The notes under the pieces are model-generated. The model had not been told where the DNA came from, searched no databases, and worked only from the letters and a program-made list of their open reading frames with translations. Positions 40,801 to 53,922 of a stretch of DNA of 63,875 nt are shown here, in pieces (positions within the stretch are counted from its first letter, which is position 1; the number at the start of each line of letters is the position of its first letter). The stretch comes from Jimgerdemannia flammicorona (taxonomy: Eukaryota). Made by a program: the position numbers and the translations under genes. Location: NCBI GenBank assembly GCA_003990765.1, contig RBNJ01000015.1:1-63875 (forward strand), given 5' to 3'.

Positions 40801-42321
40801 GTCATGCCATATGATCTTCTTATGCTCCAATCTGGTGGCTTATAAGGAAAGGCTGTCTCCTGTGATAATATCACCATTCTGAGGTCACCATTATAATATA
40901 TAGATATTACATATCTAATATATATATATTTCTTAGAATTAATACATACTAGATTTGTCAAAATTGATAACTCAACTATATATATATTGATTGATTTTGT
41001 CAAGTTATCAGAATCTCATTCAGATAAAAATCTTACTAGTACTTTTGTAAACTGTTTTCAAGATTTTGATATACAGACAAAGGTATATAAAAAACAAGGC
41101 TTTCAAAAAGATCATATTTTAAAAAGATCAGAATTTTGAAAAAGATTGAGTTTTTAAAAAAGATCAGATTTTCAGATTTTTGAAAAAGTTGGGTTTTTGA
41201 AAATGGTCAGGTTTTCAAAAAAAAAAAAAAGTCAGGTTTTTGAAAAAGATTAGATTTTTAAAAAAGGCCAGATTTTTGAAAAAGATTGAGTTTTTTTTTA
41301 AAAAAAAAAAATTATCTTATATGTACTACTCTCATAGATGCATATGAAATAAGGATAGCCAAGAAGATTTATCAGATCTTCAGACATACACCATGATCAA
41401 TCTCCAACTTAGAGTATACCAGAGTCTCAGACTTCGAGGAATTGTCAGTCTACTACAAAAATGCACTAGAGGCCATAGTGACTATAGAAGCTCAATCCAC
41501 TATTATTCTCAATAGTGATGAGGTAAGAGAGTTCTAGAATCTCATCCTTAAGGATCAATTCTTGCAAGAATTAATCTTAGTATTCTAAGACTCCAGTATC
41601 CAGATTAGACCCCCTCAAGATCTATACTTTGTAGAAGAGAACCTTATATGTAGATTGGAGAGCCTCTGATCTTCTTGCTCTCTCTACTACTATCAAATAT
41701 GATAATATCATCCTACTAATTGATAATATATATGAAGTATACAAAATGTATAATATATATAAAATGGATAAAATGTTCACCAATCTCATTTCTTTTGAAG
41801 ACATCCTGATCTCTAGCAGTGATAAAGATGAAGCCTCCAGGATTCTGAACATTCTGCTCTAAGTTTCTTATATAACTATTTATCTGAATATCTAAATTTT
41901 CTGGTATCTTTTTCTCATACAACTGAAATCTACTAGCATCCTAAACTTATACAACTATTTGTATAAGTACTTAAATTTTTACTTATAACTAAAGTTTTCT
42001 ATATTCCAGTATCTTATTTATTTAGTTATTGAAATTTATATTTAGCTTTATATCTTAGTAACTATTGAATTATATTTTGTATAAATATTCCTCTCATTTT
42101 CTTTAAAATAAAGTCAGTCTTCTCAGTTTACTTATACTCAATTCTATGCAAGCAATATAAGAGATAACAAGACAGTTTAAAGATAAAAATTTTGAGGACT
42201 ATAAGACCTTAGGAAGGTACTCTAATAAGAACTTACTTATAATAAACTTATAGTTAGTCTAAGAGATATACCTTGAAGAGAATCTGATATAATTGAAGAA
42301 CTCAGTACCTATTATGTAATA
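34857..42321 (-). mobile_element. Ty3/Gypsy family A, copy 2 (gag deleted; 3' LTR split by an inversion)
   Basis: 5' LTR starts at 40895. A deletion at ~39390 joins the LTR to the protease region. dUTPase ~38580-38880; RT ~37450-38290. The 3' LTR runs 35402-34857 (-) and continues as 41322-42321 (+). Apparent 4-bp TSD ATAT within hAT 2. Confidence 0.88.
41095..41310 (+). repeat. ~20-bp minisatellite (TTTTGAAAAAGATCAGAT-like) in a hAT intron
   Basis: About 10 degenerate units follow the GT donor at ~41083. The corresponding hAT 1 intron has roughly one unit (~16898-16920). Confidence 0.75.
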
Positions 42322-42590
42322 ATATCAATAGTGAAGAATATTTGATTAGATATATTCTATTTCTAAATAAATAAATCAAAATAAGATTAATTCAAAGTTA
42401 TTCAATATTAAAATATTAAATATTATCTATAATATAATTTTAATAGTATTATATTTATATTGAGAGGCCAATCTAATTTCATTTTGTAGAAGAAATAGTA
42501 ATATCTGGTTTCAGAAGACAAAAAAGATCTTTCAGCTCTGAATTCTTAATTAAAAAAAAAAAAAAAAAAAAAAAAATTAAATAATTAAAA

Positions 42591-42637
<47 letters not shown>

Positions 42638-43405
42638 TTTAATTTAATTTTTTTTTTTTAATATCTCTTATATAGTTATATAAACTTATTAGATTTTTTA
42701 TTATTAAAAAAAAGAGAAAGTTTTTATAATATAAATTTACTATATTAATCTTTATATTATTTTAATATAAAAATTGAATTAATTTATATAATTTAAAAGT
42801 ATTAACTTTATAATAGTTTATTTTATTTTATTTTTATTTTTATTTTTATTTTAAGTAAATAGGTTTTAGCTATTAAATATATTAAAATGAAATAATGTTT
42901 ATATAAAAAGAGAAATATATATTTTAAAGTATTAAAAAATTCAATATATAAAATAACAGAATTTTATTTTAAATATAAATAATAAAAATATAAATAAATA
43001 TTCATTAAAGATGAATATATTATAAAGCTACAATAGATAATATTCTGCATATACCATACATTGCTACAAATGGTTTCAACTCCCTCATCCTGCTAGGATA
43101 GGGTAAAGTGTTTTAAGGGGATCCGGTTTGCGTTTGCGATTGCAACACATTGGGGTATATGTGAGTTTCGCCTCATTCTTTCATATCATTTGATATATTC
43201 ATATCGCAATGATAGGCACACACCATTAATACCCGAACATCATTAGATATTCTATCATCGCATTAATTAGCAAGAAAATATTGGTATTGTGGCGATGGGA
43301 ACGAGATTATGAAACACCGAGATTAAAGGCTGTGAAAGCGAGAGGGAGATGTCAATCACAGTTTTGCGAATCCAGCATGGGCGACTTGAAACAAGGGTCA
43401 TCTGC

Positions 43406-44479
43406 TCACCTCAAGAAAGCGCCAATGATTGCCAAGATGGCAAGGATAGCCCACGAAGGGGTGGCGGTGTTCGCGGCAATACTACTGTTATTGATGGTGA
43501 TCGTAGGAGTGGGACCCGTCAAGGTGACATCTGCGGATTGTCGAGCAACAGGGTGTTAGGACCAACGTGAGGGAATCGCAACACGTGACGAAGGCTTTTT
43601 TTGTTTACATTGACGAAAGTGATATCCAAAACGTCTTCTCACTGACCTGCGAGTGTCGTGGGGACCCAGGTAGTGACAACGACGTTGGAGGCGGTGGTAA
43701 CGATGGTGAACACCTGTAATGACGATGAACACCGCGCAGGTGAGAAAGCAAGCACAAGATGGACGAGGATTTAATAACCGGCATGGAAACCATAGAAACG
43801 GACGTACCTGGGTACCGTTTACAGTGGTCACGAGGGTATTCAGGAAGAGGCTGCTGACCACCTGAGTCGTTGGAACAACAGTAGTGATGATCGCTATATG
43901 ATTGCATGGAGATAAGGTGAGAATTGATCACGATCATCGCAAGCAGCCACGTCATCGCTTCGCAATGAGCACCACTCCAACAATGCACCCACCTGTGACA
44001 GTGTTCGATACGGTCGCCGCAACCGTCGACAAAACTGTAGTCACGACAGTCTTGGTGATCGTCTGGTTCACAATGGCGGTTTTGATGTCGGTTGTGGTAA
44101 CCTGGCCCCCAGGCACGGTAACGGTGGTGGGTACGACGACTTGCGAAGTCGAGGTTGCCACGATGACCGTATCCTGTGAGACAGTATCGGTCACGTAGAC
44201 GGTTTTGGTTGACACCACAGTGACGACGCCTGGAACCGAAGAGAAAACGGCGGAAGCGCGGTTAACCGAATGATTGAGAATAGATCGCTTCACCGGAAGC
44301 TGTATGTATCGTACCGGCCTTCGAAAAGGCCTGCACCAATAGAAATACAAAGTAGACTTACAGACGTAACGAGCCACCAATGCCCTGTACTTAATCATGT
44401 TTTTTAGCTTTGGAACGAGGCCAGCTGACGCGACGGTCAAGCTACCTAAGACGAGCAATAACAATGCGAAGACCTTCAT
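43406..44479 (-). CDS. Secreted Thr/Val-rich, probably GPI-anchored cell-surface protein (multi-exon)
   Basis: Signal peptide MKVFALLLLVLGSLTVASA; T/V-rich exons with GT-AG introns; hydrophobic C-terminus ...TATPSWAILAILAIIGAFLR*. Confidence 0.8.
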
Positions 44480-45299
44480 GATGTATATTGGCTATTTTTG
44501 TTTCTCGAAAAGACGTTCAAGGAACTGTCGAGTGTTGTTGAGACGAAGGAGAGGGCGGGGGATCTCGTCGAGAATTCACAATGATTCGCAGAAGGGACAG
44601 ACGAAACTTACGCAATCAGAGAAGGGGTCAAATGAATTGGAAAAAATGTGCTGTTCCACAATGACAACCCCGTCGTGAGCTTTGGTCAAGCCGGGTGTAA
44701 CAATAATCAAAACCGAAAACGGCTACGGGTTAGCGCAAATCGGCAACTGGTTTTGATTGGGGTTTCAACAATGAACTTTTTTTGTGTGTGTGATTAAAAC
44801 ACTTCGCCCAAAAAATCCATGGGTTGTTGCTCAATTAAGACCGATGCTCAGCCAGCAGTATGTTTCCCTAATGGACTGCGCAATTATGGATGTTTCGCAG
44901 CGTCAATTGATTCCTCTTGCCAATTGACGATCACGAGCCAATACGTTAAGTCAAATGTTTGCCAGCCTAGCCTCGTTGGATTTAGTACTGTTGAGATGGT
45001 TTACCGATCGACAAACGATCATCGTGCAACCTCAACCTTAGCAGAAGAAAATGACAAGTGCAATATGTAGGTAGATCTGCTTAACATTACACAGAATTGG
45101 AAGGAAGTGGTATGCCCTGAGATCGTGGTTCAAAAAAAGTCTCAGGATCGCGATTTCATTTTCGAACGTAATATATTAGCTATGATAGTTATTACAGACG
45201 GAATAATAGTGTATCTACGATTAACCCACAACCCGGTTATTTCACGCCCTATACACAATCTAATTATATCATAAGTATGGGTGCACAACGGATGGCAGC

Positions 45300-46218
45300 T
45301 CAAGCCATACCAAGAAAAATGCTCGCAATGGTCAAGAGAATCAAACCTGCCACAGAGATGAGGCCGGTAGGGGTAAGCGCGCTCGCACCGGAGCCCTCAA
45401 TGGCGAAGTTCGTCGGGTTTAAAGTGACGGTAGAGCCTGGATGCAAGAATGATGATGTTATATGATTGGATTAGACATTCGAGGGACCGATATGCGGCAA
45501 ACCCGACGGGGGATAAACTTACCGTTGATGACAGAAACGAATGAGGCAACAGAGGTAGAAGGTAGAGACGTAGAGATCACGGTGGAGATCACGGTGCCGC
45601 TGCAATGGATGAAATGGAGCGGGATTATCATTCAATATCCATAATGTGGAGTTGAGAAAGTTCAAAACCTCAATGTATACATAATAAAGGAACTTACCTA
45701 ACGGTGGTGATAAGAGTTGACGGGATTACGCTGGTCGCCGTGAGAGTCGAAGGTAGGTTGGTGAAGGCCGTGGCCGTGATAACCTGGGTCCCGGTCGAAG
45801 TGACGGCCGTGTTAATGGTACTAACGAGAGTGTTTGTTACTAGAGAGGTCTGGGTAGAGGTCACATCGGCGATGATGGTCTTGGCGACACCTGAAACCGT
45901 GGTCGGGATAAGGGTGGTGCCGACAACGACCGAAACCTGAGTAGAGACGACGAAGACCGTGGTGGTCTGGACATGGGTCTCCTCTACGATAGTCACCACG
46001 GTTGAATAGCTGTAGTCGGGCACGGGTACTGTAAGAACGATGGGGTTCGGTAAGAACGTGTCGGCGGTTGGAGTATGCAGCACTTCGGTTTCAGAGCAAA
46101 GACCTCAATACTTGCCATATTCACTATATGAATCAGCAGCAGTAGTAGTATTAAAAATAGCAACCTCTTGTGCAGAAGATGCGATTGCCAGGAGAGCAAG
46201 CAAAGCAATGAACTTCAT
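45300..46218 (-). CDS. Secreted Thr/Val-rich, probably GPI-anchored protein, likely paralog of the neighbouring gene (multi-exon)
   Basis: Signal peptide MKFIALLALLAIASSAQ; T/V-rich exon ~45698-46090; C-terminus ...GSGASALTPTGLISVAGLILLTIASIFLGMA*. Confidence 0.82.
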
Positions 46219-49200
46219 GACGATGAGCAGTAACGTGGAGGGCTTGAAGGATGTGCGCATTGAGCCTGCGCAAAGGTGAAAGTACGCGAGAACGAGTCTG
46301 GAGCGAACATACAACAGAAAGCAACACCAAGTGATCTATTCATTGGGCAATTACCTTGAGTCACGTTAGGAGACTGATATGGTTTGCTAACGACCGCACA
46401 CTTAGCACGAGGGCCGCCGGATACCAAAACTTTTGCAGCCGGAAAACACTTGCACTGAAAAGAATTCGGAATAGTTCTTTCGGGACTTAGTTGCCCTGAA
46501 TGCAGTCAAGCCGAATAATGATGCAGGGGTTAGATTACCATAAACGGAGTTGGCCGAGTGATTCCTGTTCTCCATATCTGCAAGGTCGGATTTGGAAGGC
46601 CAAATTGTCAATCAACCATTAAAATCTGTTTCGTTTCTTTCAATTGTTCCATCGGATCTTATTGCCGTAATTGAGAATGTTGGGATGGCAACTCGATATG
46701 TCAGCACGTGACTTACTCCATTCCATCAGTTTTACGTCATTCATCAGTAACGCGACTTACGCATTTTGAATAAATCGCCTCTTCTGTTCGTCACAACAAG
46801 GTTATGAGCCCCGACCTACAACAGAGGATAAAGACATTGTTTAAAAAGGATGTCAGTTAATGTATATGGCTCTTTTAGCATTTTTTGGTTTAATATCTGA
46901 GACAAGGTTCATGAGATACGGAGGAGACGTGAGGCAGGGCCATCATCAGTCGGTCTATTTGAAGTAACTTTATCCCGAACCGAAGAAATAAGTCAACGCA
47001 GTGACAGGATGGTCGTGGTACAGATCTGAGTAGGTGCCCAGAGTGGGTGGAAAGGTTCACAAGGTCTATTTATAAACCGCCTACGCGAAGGAAGGATCAC
47101 ATAGACTGCGATACGTGTGACGAAAACCACTCTTCGTGAATCCGGCAAATGAGTGTGTCAGTTTGGTTCTGATCATGAAGTCATGTGGGCGAACCTCCAC
47201 ATAATGATCAAAAAAAAAAAAAAAGCATTATCCCAATAATTATTAGCAAAGTCATTCTCACGGTGGGTCACTCCGATTAATGGTTATTATGTTATAAAGT
47301 CATTGACAATTCGTTTAGGCAGAATGGTCAGACTAACCCCTCTGGATGAATAAAAAAAAGTAATTGCAAGCATGTATGTAAGCCTCACATTTCTAACAGA
47401 GCCATTCGATTGGCTAACCATTCCAACATCCGGGATGCTGGTCAACCTCGTGTTTGGAATGGTTACGCGAGCGGCGCAAAGATTTCAACGATTTGCCACA
47501 CCCCTTGACAATTGATTAACCTTGACAATAGATTAATACCGTTGTTATTGTTGACACCGTGAACTAGAATGCAGATCAAGCCCACCCTAAGTTCCTGTCA
47601 TGCTCAAAGGGTAAGTGTGAAAGCTTTCCTCTCTGAAAATTGTGCCAGGTGAAACAAGGGGTTTTTAAGGTTGGGCGTGAGATTTTGGTATATACGTTCT
47701 AACGATGCGAACATTAAGGTTCTGGCCGGAATTTTCTTCAATATTTTGCACGCTGAATCGCCATCATCAATCATTCTTTCTGACGCTTGTTCAAACACAA
47801 GTCATTAGGTATCTCAATTCTCTATGTCCATCAATTGTCAGTATAAAAACGCGTATCGAATGTTGCTGTACGCTACGTCGCTTTCTTATACAGCAACGTT
47901 TACACGGCATACATTGTGTTTGAGTATCTCCAAACACTGGTGAATAGCATTTTACATCGGCTCTTGCTTCTTCACGACTCCATGTGATTCCATGTGATCG
48001 AAATCGTACTGTTATAACCAATCTAATGCGACTATCACGAGCACCGAATTGAAGAATAGGTGTTGGATGCCACGGAAAAGCCGATTCTCACACGAAAAAT
48101 AAAACTCTCGACTTGTGGTCCCTGCTACCTTAGAGACTGATGGAGCGAATCGCTGACGTCCAGCAAGTGGACAAATCCCAACAATGTCTATCCGATTACG
48201 TGAGTCTTAGTTTATAATCATATGCCCATGACATCAAAATAGTGTGAGCTCAAAGATATGTTCATGCTCCTAGAGGTTGTTTAGCTTAAATACTTAACAT
48301 TGAGAAGCATGGGCTATTAATGTCATGTGCTGCTAAACATTTGCTCGCTTGTACTGTTACTCTTGCTGATATTCTACATTCGAAATGCTCGTGCCATGGG
48401 TAGAGTAATTGGGCTTTCGAGACCAGAATTACTATTGTTGCATTTGCGCATGAAGCTGACGTATCGTTCCTTGATCCGATGACTATGAAAATGAGTTGGA
48501 ACACTCGTAAGCTGCATTTCGTCTCTGGTGACGGTAAGCATTTTTTTTTTTTTTTGACATTGGCTTGTCAAGGTCATTGGCGAGGCTTACCGATGACAAT
48601 GTACATTCCTGTGGCTACCGTATTCCCACCCAATTTTTTGGGTGAACCTTAGAGCCAGTGACCAATCTCACAGCGCGTAAACCCGGTAACATCAACGATC
48701 ATACCAACACATTTCTTCTTCCCCAAACATTTCATAGGAACCCTCCACTGCTACTATATATAATTACGTTTCTTTGCGGCAATATCTGGAAAAATATTAA
48801 AGAGACAAAAAGTGGTTACATTCCAAACGTCACGCGGAAATGCAAGCAATACGTGCGAAAAAGAAAATTTGTTGAGGGATTGAACTACGCCGACGAAACT
48901 GGCGCTATCAATCTGATCCGCCCCGGCAATCGGTCACCCGTCACTCGATAATATATATCCGAGCTTACTTCCATCTTTGTCAATCCAATGCAATTCAGTA
49001 AACATTAGTAACGAGAAATAGGTCAATGCGATCACTCCTTGACATCATGGTATGGAACTCCACATATCGAGCCATTAGGTTCAGGATGAAAAGGTCCACA
49101 AGGGTTACATTTCCATATTTCCCCGCATTACAAGCCGTTTTGGTACGACGCAGATTGGGTTTAGAGAGAGTATGATCAAATTTAACAGTGGCTGAACACC

Positions 49201-50094
49201 CTTGGTATAGACCGAACGCCACTGCCCATGATACACAAGTTTCTAAGTAGAAGGGCCCGAACAATGATAGGTTTTGTATGTCACGTGTGAACTAAAGTTC
49301 GAGCATCTGACGCAAATTAATGGCCACGGATACACGCTATTTACATGATTGCATGTGTTCACTTCGTTTCCCCAAAGTCGCGGCTTTGTAGATGTATGAA
49401 AGACCCGATCCAGAGTTTGGAGGATGATCGAACGATAGCTCAGCCCATCGCCCTTTTTCTCCCCAATCGAACACGCGCTAGCGCATAAACGCGTTCTTCG
49501 ATCCTTTCATGGGTTGAAAACATATAGACTCTATGATCTGGCGCACGTTATGCCATATGTGATTGTTCCATTTTCTGTCCAACTTCAAAAGGTCAGACTG
49601 CTTGATATGAAGCAAGCATTACCATCGTCGATTATGAATATTCGAAGCATAAGCCTTTCTATGACAGGTATCGATCAGCACTCATACATCTTTTTTATTT
49701 TATTTTTCCCCTTTCATTGCGTCTGTTTGCTCGAATGATTTCCTTGCCGGTCGTTGTCACGCTGCAAGCAGGCTAGTCAACATCAAAGCTACCACTTAAA
49801 AACGCAAAATTGTAGCAGCGCGAGGCAGAATAACGTCGATTGCAATAATTGCAATGCTGAGGCTCTGGATGCGTCAAAGGCAGATTCACGGGATTTGTGG
49901 GACTTGATAGAAAATCTCCCTATTTTCCTTTTCCTCTCCAATGAAAACTGCTGGTACGAGCATCGTACTTCTTGGTCGATGAGGATCTTTGATGTCATCC
50001 CACCGCGCCCAAAACTGGAGTACTTTGAACGGAGACGCCGTCGTCATTCGTTAATTTGGGGCCCAACTGCTCAATCCATCGGACATTAGGCAAA

Positions 50095-50130
<36 letters not shown>

Positions 50131-50568
50131 TAACGCTACAAACAACACACCAGAGAAATTGATATTCCTTGGTGTCTGAGCTACCTGAATATTGTCCCCT
50201 TCGCCAATCGCATTTTTCATTATCATTATTATTATTAACCTTTTCGAAATGATTCACATATCCATTTCAGTCATCTCCACGTATAACCTTATTACACGAC
50301 AGCACATATCGCGTTATCGCAATGGAAGGCAAGATAACAAACTTTCTTCTCAGGAACTTTGACGCTTCTGCGGCGGTAGCGTGTGTACAGAGTCTGGTGG
50401 TGATGGGAATTGTGCTATTTGCATTTGGGCTAAATTTTGCTGGTCGAGTTGGCATGACACAAGGATTGTTTGGCATTGAAAATCCTATAAAGTCTATATA
50501 CACTCTGCGACAAGAATACATTACCTCTCAACACAACACATAAGTTTCAGTCCATCAGAGAGTCAGAC

Positions 50569-51681
50569 ATGTCTTCCACAAATGCTCTTTCCAAATTAAT
50601 GGGCCGCAAGCCTGAAGTCATTAACGTCAACGGCATCGTCAACCCCAACACCGTCTCGGCGCACCTGAACATGCTCGCTCTGTTCAAACGACTCGAGTAC
50701 AAAACCGAAAAGACCCTCTATCATTCGCTCCGAGCTGCGCTACGTCAAGTGGATGAATGCGCTTAACGAGCAAAAACCCGATGTGATAGTAGGTCCACCC
50801 ATTGATCGAATTGTATTTTCGCATCTTCTGTTTCAACACAGCTCACAATTTATGCGGATCGGGTTAGATGTCGCCATGATATGGCATGCCCACTTCCTCA
50901 AGCCCATCTCGCCTGTATATACAAGCTCCACATGCTCGAATATCAATTGCCAGTAATCAGGATCGTACGTATCAATTACTCGCCTTTTCCTATATCATCA
51001 ATGCTTCTGGATCGCTTCCTATTTAGCCTTTCCCTCATATCATAGGCCGACGTAGCGATGCAGGGATATGATGCTGTCGACTCCGAGTCTGAAAAGTGGT
51101 GGATTCAGAACATCGGCGATGACGAACCCTACGTGCTCGTGCACAAGCTGCTTCAGGCGACCAACTATCACTTCAAATGCCCGTGGTGCAACGAGATTAC
51201 CGAGATCTCTTGGTGCCGACGCTGGATATCGGTGGGTGAATGTATTGTGTTGCTTCTTTGTGTGGTCTGTTTCACGTGCGGCATCCTCTCATCGCTATTG
51301 CCAAATCCACCTTATAGACATTTCCTGGCATACGCATATGCCCTACCACCAATTCATCCTTCTTAGTCGCGATTTTCACCAGCGGCAACTGTTCGGCCAC
51401 AACCCCATCGGCACGGCCAACAGCGCGTGCGGAACGTAGACGAAAATCTCCTCGTGCGGCTCGGCCGACACAACGAACACGAGCTTGCTAGCAGATGTAC
51501 CACCATCAGCCCCTCTGGCGGCGGGGGCAGCAGCTCCCACGCTTATGCCGACCACAGTTCACACACTGGGAGTTCGTGTAGCAGGTCGTCATGTGGTTGT
51601 GGTGGCGGTGGCGGGTGTTGGGCAAGGTGCGGTGGTGGTGGTGGTGGCCATAGCGGGTGTGGTGGGTCGCATTTCTGGTAG
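50569..51681 (+). pseudogene. Glycine-rich domain protein (GRDP/DUF1399-like), frameshifted and probably internally deleted
   Basis: HL.ML..FKRLE, PPID/VAMIWHAHFL.P, CPWC and a Gly/Cys-rich C-terminal tail, spread over several frames. Confidence 0.65.
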
Positions 51682-52009
51682 TAGGCGGCATGTGTTAAAG
51701 GGTTTAGGGATGTGTGGGTGTTTTACCGTCGAGGTATGTGGTTATTAGCTATATCCACAACGCATCGTTTGTGAAAACAAATCTCGACTTGAAGCCTTTC
51801 ACATTATAAACAGCGGTTCACAACAAGCTACGACGTCAGTTCTTATAACCAAGTTTATCGGGTTGATCCACCCACACTACACAATAATATGCCAAAACGC
51901 CAATTGTTACGAACCGGGGCCAGGTAGCCCACAGCAATCCACACCAAACAAGCATGCTGCATCGTGCTCCATCCTCCCTGTTGTTCGCTGACACTCGCTA
52001 TACTCTTGA

Positions 52010-53418
52010 CTCCCAACCGGGGAAGCCGACAACTCAGTCCGCTACAACTCGCGCTATACTGCTCGTGGATTTAAGCGGATCGTGCAGCGTGACGACAAAG
52101 TAATAGTGTTCGGGCATGATCTGTGTCAGACTACCCTGGCCCGTGGAAGAGCTTCTACCACCGAATAAAGGCCGCGGCCAGCACCAAGACGGAAACCATG
52201 CGGGAAGAAGACCCGAGCCGCGAAAACGTCAATGTTACCGTGACGCCTAATTTCCCCTTACTCAAGGAGATGATTGACGACGGGTTGGTCGTCGTGGTGA
52301 AGACGGACGCAAACTTGTTGGAGCAGATTGATACGGTGACTTTGAGTAAGCGCTCTTATGTGTGTTTTTACGCAAGCACAACATTCACATTTCAGGCTTC
52401 TCAACACGATTTTCGGATGACACTAGGACCCAAAAAGCTCTTTGACTACAAAGCCTTCGATCCGACCCTGAACGGCATGATCTGTGCCTCACACAATCAA
52501 AGCGACGCCTCTACTTCTGAGTACTTCAATTTCTGCCTCAACTTTGGTCGGAATGTCAGCTTCAAAGTCTTTTCCATCCATTCGAGACTATTCGCCACCC
52601 AATGGGCCGTCCAAAACAATCCCTCGTGGCGTCATACATCCACTCCTTCCTCTCCGCCCACTACGTCATCCTCCCTTGCTACCCCTACCACTTTGGCTGG
52701 AAAGGCCTGGACGTCCTCTTCGAAGGCAATGCGATAGCTCCTTCCGGTCGGACGGCCACGTTCCACGTGCCACGCGCAAACACGTGGCCACGTACCCTTC
52801 TTCGCCTTTCACACGATCAACGCATGGGACGACAAAGACGATATCGTGCTCGACGTGTGCGCGTACCCCGACGCCAAGTGCGTCGCGCGGACGGTCGGGT
52901 TTGGGAAAAGGGGCGGCATGGCCCCGGATACGTCGACGGTCCGACGATACCGTCTCAAGGATGTCGGAGGGGTGGCCGCGAGGCAGGCGGTTGGAAAGAA
53001 CCTAACCCCGTGGGCTGGGTACGACGTTCTCGGGGAGGGCCTGGACCTCGCGAGGATCCACTCGGGGTATGAGAAGAAGTCGTACCGGTACGTGTATGGC
53101 GTGGGTATGGATGACAGGTCGGGGTGGAACGTGATCAAGAAAATTGATTTGGAGAAGGGCGAGGGGAGCAGACTGTGGGCGCGGGACGGACTTACCGGCT
53201 CGGAGCCCGTGATGATTCCCAGGCCCGGGGACGTGGAGGAGGATGATGGTGTGGTGCTGTTTATCGCGAATGACGAGTCGAGCGAAGTTGGAAGGTGCAT
53301 TTTGACGGTGTTGGACGCACGCACGTTCGACGAGATTGCGAGTGCGGCGATTGGCGAGTTTAAGGGGCTCACCGTGCATGGGAACTATGTTGATAGAGGG
53401 ATGCCAGCAATCCAATAA
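52010..53418 (+). pseudogene. Carotenoid oxygenase (RPE65/CCO family); N-terminus not found, frameshifts present
   Basis: VRYNSRY, NVNVT, KTDAN, ICASH, SYIHSF, FHTINAWD, YRYVYG, SEPVMIPRPG..EEDDGVVL, VLDA, TVHG. All four Fe-ligand His motifs are visible. One intron at ~52346-52425. Confidence 0.85.
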
Positions 53419-53922
53419 AATACTTGATTCTTGGCAATTTCACGTCCGGAGTTACCCTGAGGCGCAGGTATTGAAGGAAGAGGGTCAACATGTAGATGGC
53501 AGAGGTGGATAGGGGGGCTTATTGTATGATTGACCTTTTGAATATAAATCTATATCACGATAACCACTTTTCGTCATCCGGAACAGAGATCGGAGAATGT
53601 AAACTATTTTCATATCGTACATTGTCTGGAGACTGTGTGGTGATACATCATGAGAGATCGCTATGCTGAAATTATCAAAGGGTCCGCATCTGCTCAATAG
53701 TTGGAAAGGTTGCTTTCATCTTTTGCAAAAGTCATCACTTTAATTATCAAAAGCAACTATATCGCATACTTCATTTGAGCCGACAAATAATCCTGCAACG
53801 GGATGTAAAAGATGCAAAGTTGATATCATTGCTGATAAACATGAGCAGAACAGATATTTAGCAAATTTCATCACACTACATCACTATAGAAGAACCATAC
53901 AGAGGCAACCTCCACCTTAACT

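Larger units (their letters stand above)
34063..43030 (-). mobile_element. hAT transposon 2, in three pieces: 42322-~43030 (-), 40896-41320 (inverted, +), 34063-34855 (-)
   Basis: The pieces match hAT 1 at ~16460-16712, ~16712-16960 and ~16960 onward (IFFT.D, LIDFV.LS.SHS..NL, ILAI.TDN, IINLA..DF). Confidence 0.8.

Noticed and set aside
41322-42321. Independent solo LTR on the + strand
   Set aside because: It is the exact continuation of the LTR broken at 34857 and is explained by the inversion.
46300-50500. Many 60-110 aa ORFs and a short tandem duplication at ~47503-47537
   Set aside because: No recognisable domains or coherent exon structure, so I treated it as intergenic. A diverged gene remnant near 49750-50090 cannot be excluded.
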